From a virus, in the IMG/VR virus record IMGVR_UViG_3300050498_000076, positions 1 through 41,557 of that record: a stretch of DNA of 41,557 bases; one strand, written 5' to 3'. The notes under the pieces are model-generated. The model ran no database searches and was not told the origin of the DNA. It saw nothing but the letters and a program-made list of their open reading frames with translations. Positions 40,787-41,557 of this stretch are shown piece by piece. Position 1 is the stretch's first letter, and every line of letters starts with the position of its first letter. The position numbers and the translations under genes were made by a program.

Positions 40787-40791
40787 GAATT
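40767..40791. promoter_or_regulatory. Perfect 12+1+12 palindromic operator AATTCTTGACAA-G-TTGTCAAGAATT
   Basis: Read directly from the sequence. It covers the -35 and spacer of the early promoter. Confidence 0.55.
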
Positions 40792-40808
40792 GTAATGTGT
40801 CTGTTAGG

Positions 40809-41117
40809 TTAGTGGATGGTGTGCCGGTCCAGCAGCAGCTCAATGATGATGTCTCTGAGCCTGCTGTTCTCGTCCCTTAGCCTGGTGCGCTCGTTTGGTT
40901 CGGGTGTGGCTCCGTTCCTTCTTTTGATGTGGTCCGTTGACGTCTTCTTGGTTGGCAGCTCTGGCAGTCCCTGGGTTGCGATCCACTTGCTGATCGTGGT
41001 TGGATGGATGTTGTACCTGGCGGCGACCGATTTTCTTGACCCTCGCTTCTTTGGATCGATCTGCTTTAGGATGGCGGCGATCTGTTGGTCTGAGTGGTGC
41101 TTCCGGTTTGTGGGCAT
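40809..41117 (-). CDS. HTH DNA-binding protein resembling IS3-family OrfA / HTH_Tnp_1, with a leucine-zipper-like C-terminus (102 aa)
   Basis: SDQQIAAILKQ...SRKSVAARYNIHPTTISKWI followed by ERTRLRDENSRLRDIIIELL. RBS GGAGGAgcccATG. No transposase ORF follows. Confidence 0.68.
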   Translation of the reverse strand: MPTNRKHHSDQQIAAILKQIDPKKRGSRKSVAARYNIHPTTISKWIATQGLPELPTKKTSTDHIKRRNGATPEPNERTRLRDENSRLRDIIIELLLDRHTIH

Positions 41118-41151
41118 GGGCTCCTCCGTAGTTGTAATAAAAATCGGCGCG

Positions 41152-41157
41152 ATTATA
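41152..41157 (-). promoter_or_regulatory. Perfect TATAAT hexamer upstream of the HTH gene (no convincing -35)
   Basis: The minus strand reads ggtgTATAATcgc, 35 nt upstream of ATG 41117. Confidence 0.3.
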
Positions 41158-41201
41158 CACCAGCTCCAGGAGTGGGCTCGGTCGTCGTCGTATTCGAATC
41201 A

Positions 41202-41525
41202 CTATAAAGCTGCTTCTGATGTCCAGTTGAACGCCAGCTTGTTGCCGACTAAGGTCCCTGCGGCGCCGGTGCAGCTCAGGAAGAAGTGATGCCCTGAAAC
41301 GCTGACCACTGTGGTCGCTGTGCAGTCTGCGGGTGCGGTCGCATCCCTCACTTGTGCGTTGGCTGCGCTTGGATTGTAGATGGTGACTGTGGGCGTGGAC
41401 AAGAATTTCCTAGCCAAGTATCTTATGGTCGGGCAGTATTGGAGTGCGGCTCCTGCTTTGCCTGCCATGAATTGCATCTCGTATGCGTTGAGCCCTACGG
41501 CTGTGGCTGGCTGCCGGTCCACTCC
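41202..41525 (-). CDS. C-terminal 107 codons of the junction-spanning tail-fibre-like gene (see 1..936)
   Basis: Same frame as 1..936 through the 32-nt terminal identity. The track's 'M' at 41522 is an internal GTG (Val). Stop TAG at 41202..41204. Confidence 0.6.
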   Translation of the reverse strand, partial: GVDRQPATAVGLNAYEMQFMAGKAGAALQYCPTIRYLARKFLSTPTVTIYNPSAANAQVRDATAPADCTATTVVSVSGHHFFLSCTGAAGTLVGNKLAFNWTSEAAL

Positions 41526-41557
41526 GAAGCTCTTTTCGAAGAACTTCTGCAGCTTGG
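41526..41557. repeat. 32-nt terminal redundancy, identical to 1..32 (circular closure / assembly overlap)
   Basis: gaagctcttttcgaagaacttctgcagcttgg is present at both window ends. Confidence 0.9.

Noticed and set aside
40809-41117. Insertion sequence / mobile element
   Set aside because: Only an OrfA-like HTH is present. There is no DDE transposase ORF, no inverted terminal repeats and no target-site duplication visible. It is not called a mobile element.
1-41557. Prophage/lysogeny module (integrase, excisionase, att site) and self-encoded DNA or RNA polymerase
   Set aside because: No ORF shows tyrosine or serine recombinase motifs or polymerase motifs on my reading. Their absence is noted but cannot be proven without profile searches.
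41526-41557. A true direct terminal repeat defining the physical genome ends
   Set aside because: A 32-nt identity lying inside an open reading frame that continues in frame across the junction is better explained as an assembler overlap of a circular or circularly permuted molecule.

Overview
The window is a complete, circularly closing genome of a tailed dsDNA phage. The first 32 nt equal the last 32 nt, leaving about 41,525 unique bp. Gene content is podovirus-like. Every credible CDS lies on the minus strand, and many are translationally coupled by ATGA or GTGA overlaps. The plus-strand ORFs in the track are antisense shadows.

Reading the minus strand from high to low coordinates:
- 41117->32182: early/regulatory region. 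It holds HTH and RHH regulators, a lambda-O-like initiator with an internal iteron/AT-rich origin, membrane proteins and many small hypotheticals.
- 32203->9629: late operon 1. It encodes a holin-like protein, an SH3b wall-binding protein, a ParB-MTase, TerS, TerL, portal, an HD-GYP protein, three small/internal proteins, a 4,695-aa giant protein and a 99-aa protein.
- 9364->7529: a small Zn-finger/Dam-like methylase operon.
- 7438->1, wrapping to 41525->41202: late operon 2. It encodes scaffold, major capsid, head/tail proteins, an 883-aa tail protein, a Vsr/DUF559-like protein and a tail-fibre-like gene that crosses the contig junction.

Most notable points:
- A c-di-GMP-type enzyme pair sits in the virion module: a stand-alone HD-GYP gene next to portal, and an intact GGDEF domain inside the giant gene. 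That gene fills about one third of the genome.
- Both late operons start with near-identical leader cassettes (extended -10, a 25-nt box, tandem terminators), which suggests antitermination control.
- There are two candidate plus-strand small RNAs with their own promoters and terminators.
- A family of CACCACCA-core repeats occupies mRNA leaders.
- The cyanobacterial HIP1 octamer GCGATCGC is strongly enriched, pointing to a cyanobacterial host.

I recognised no tRNA, CRISPR array, integrase, DNA polymerase or RNA polymerase. All protein family calls come from motif reading by eye, not from database searches.
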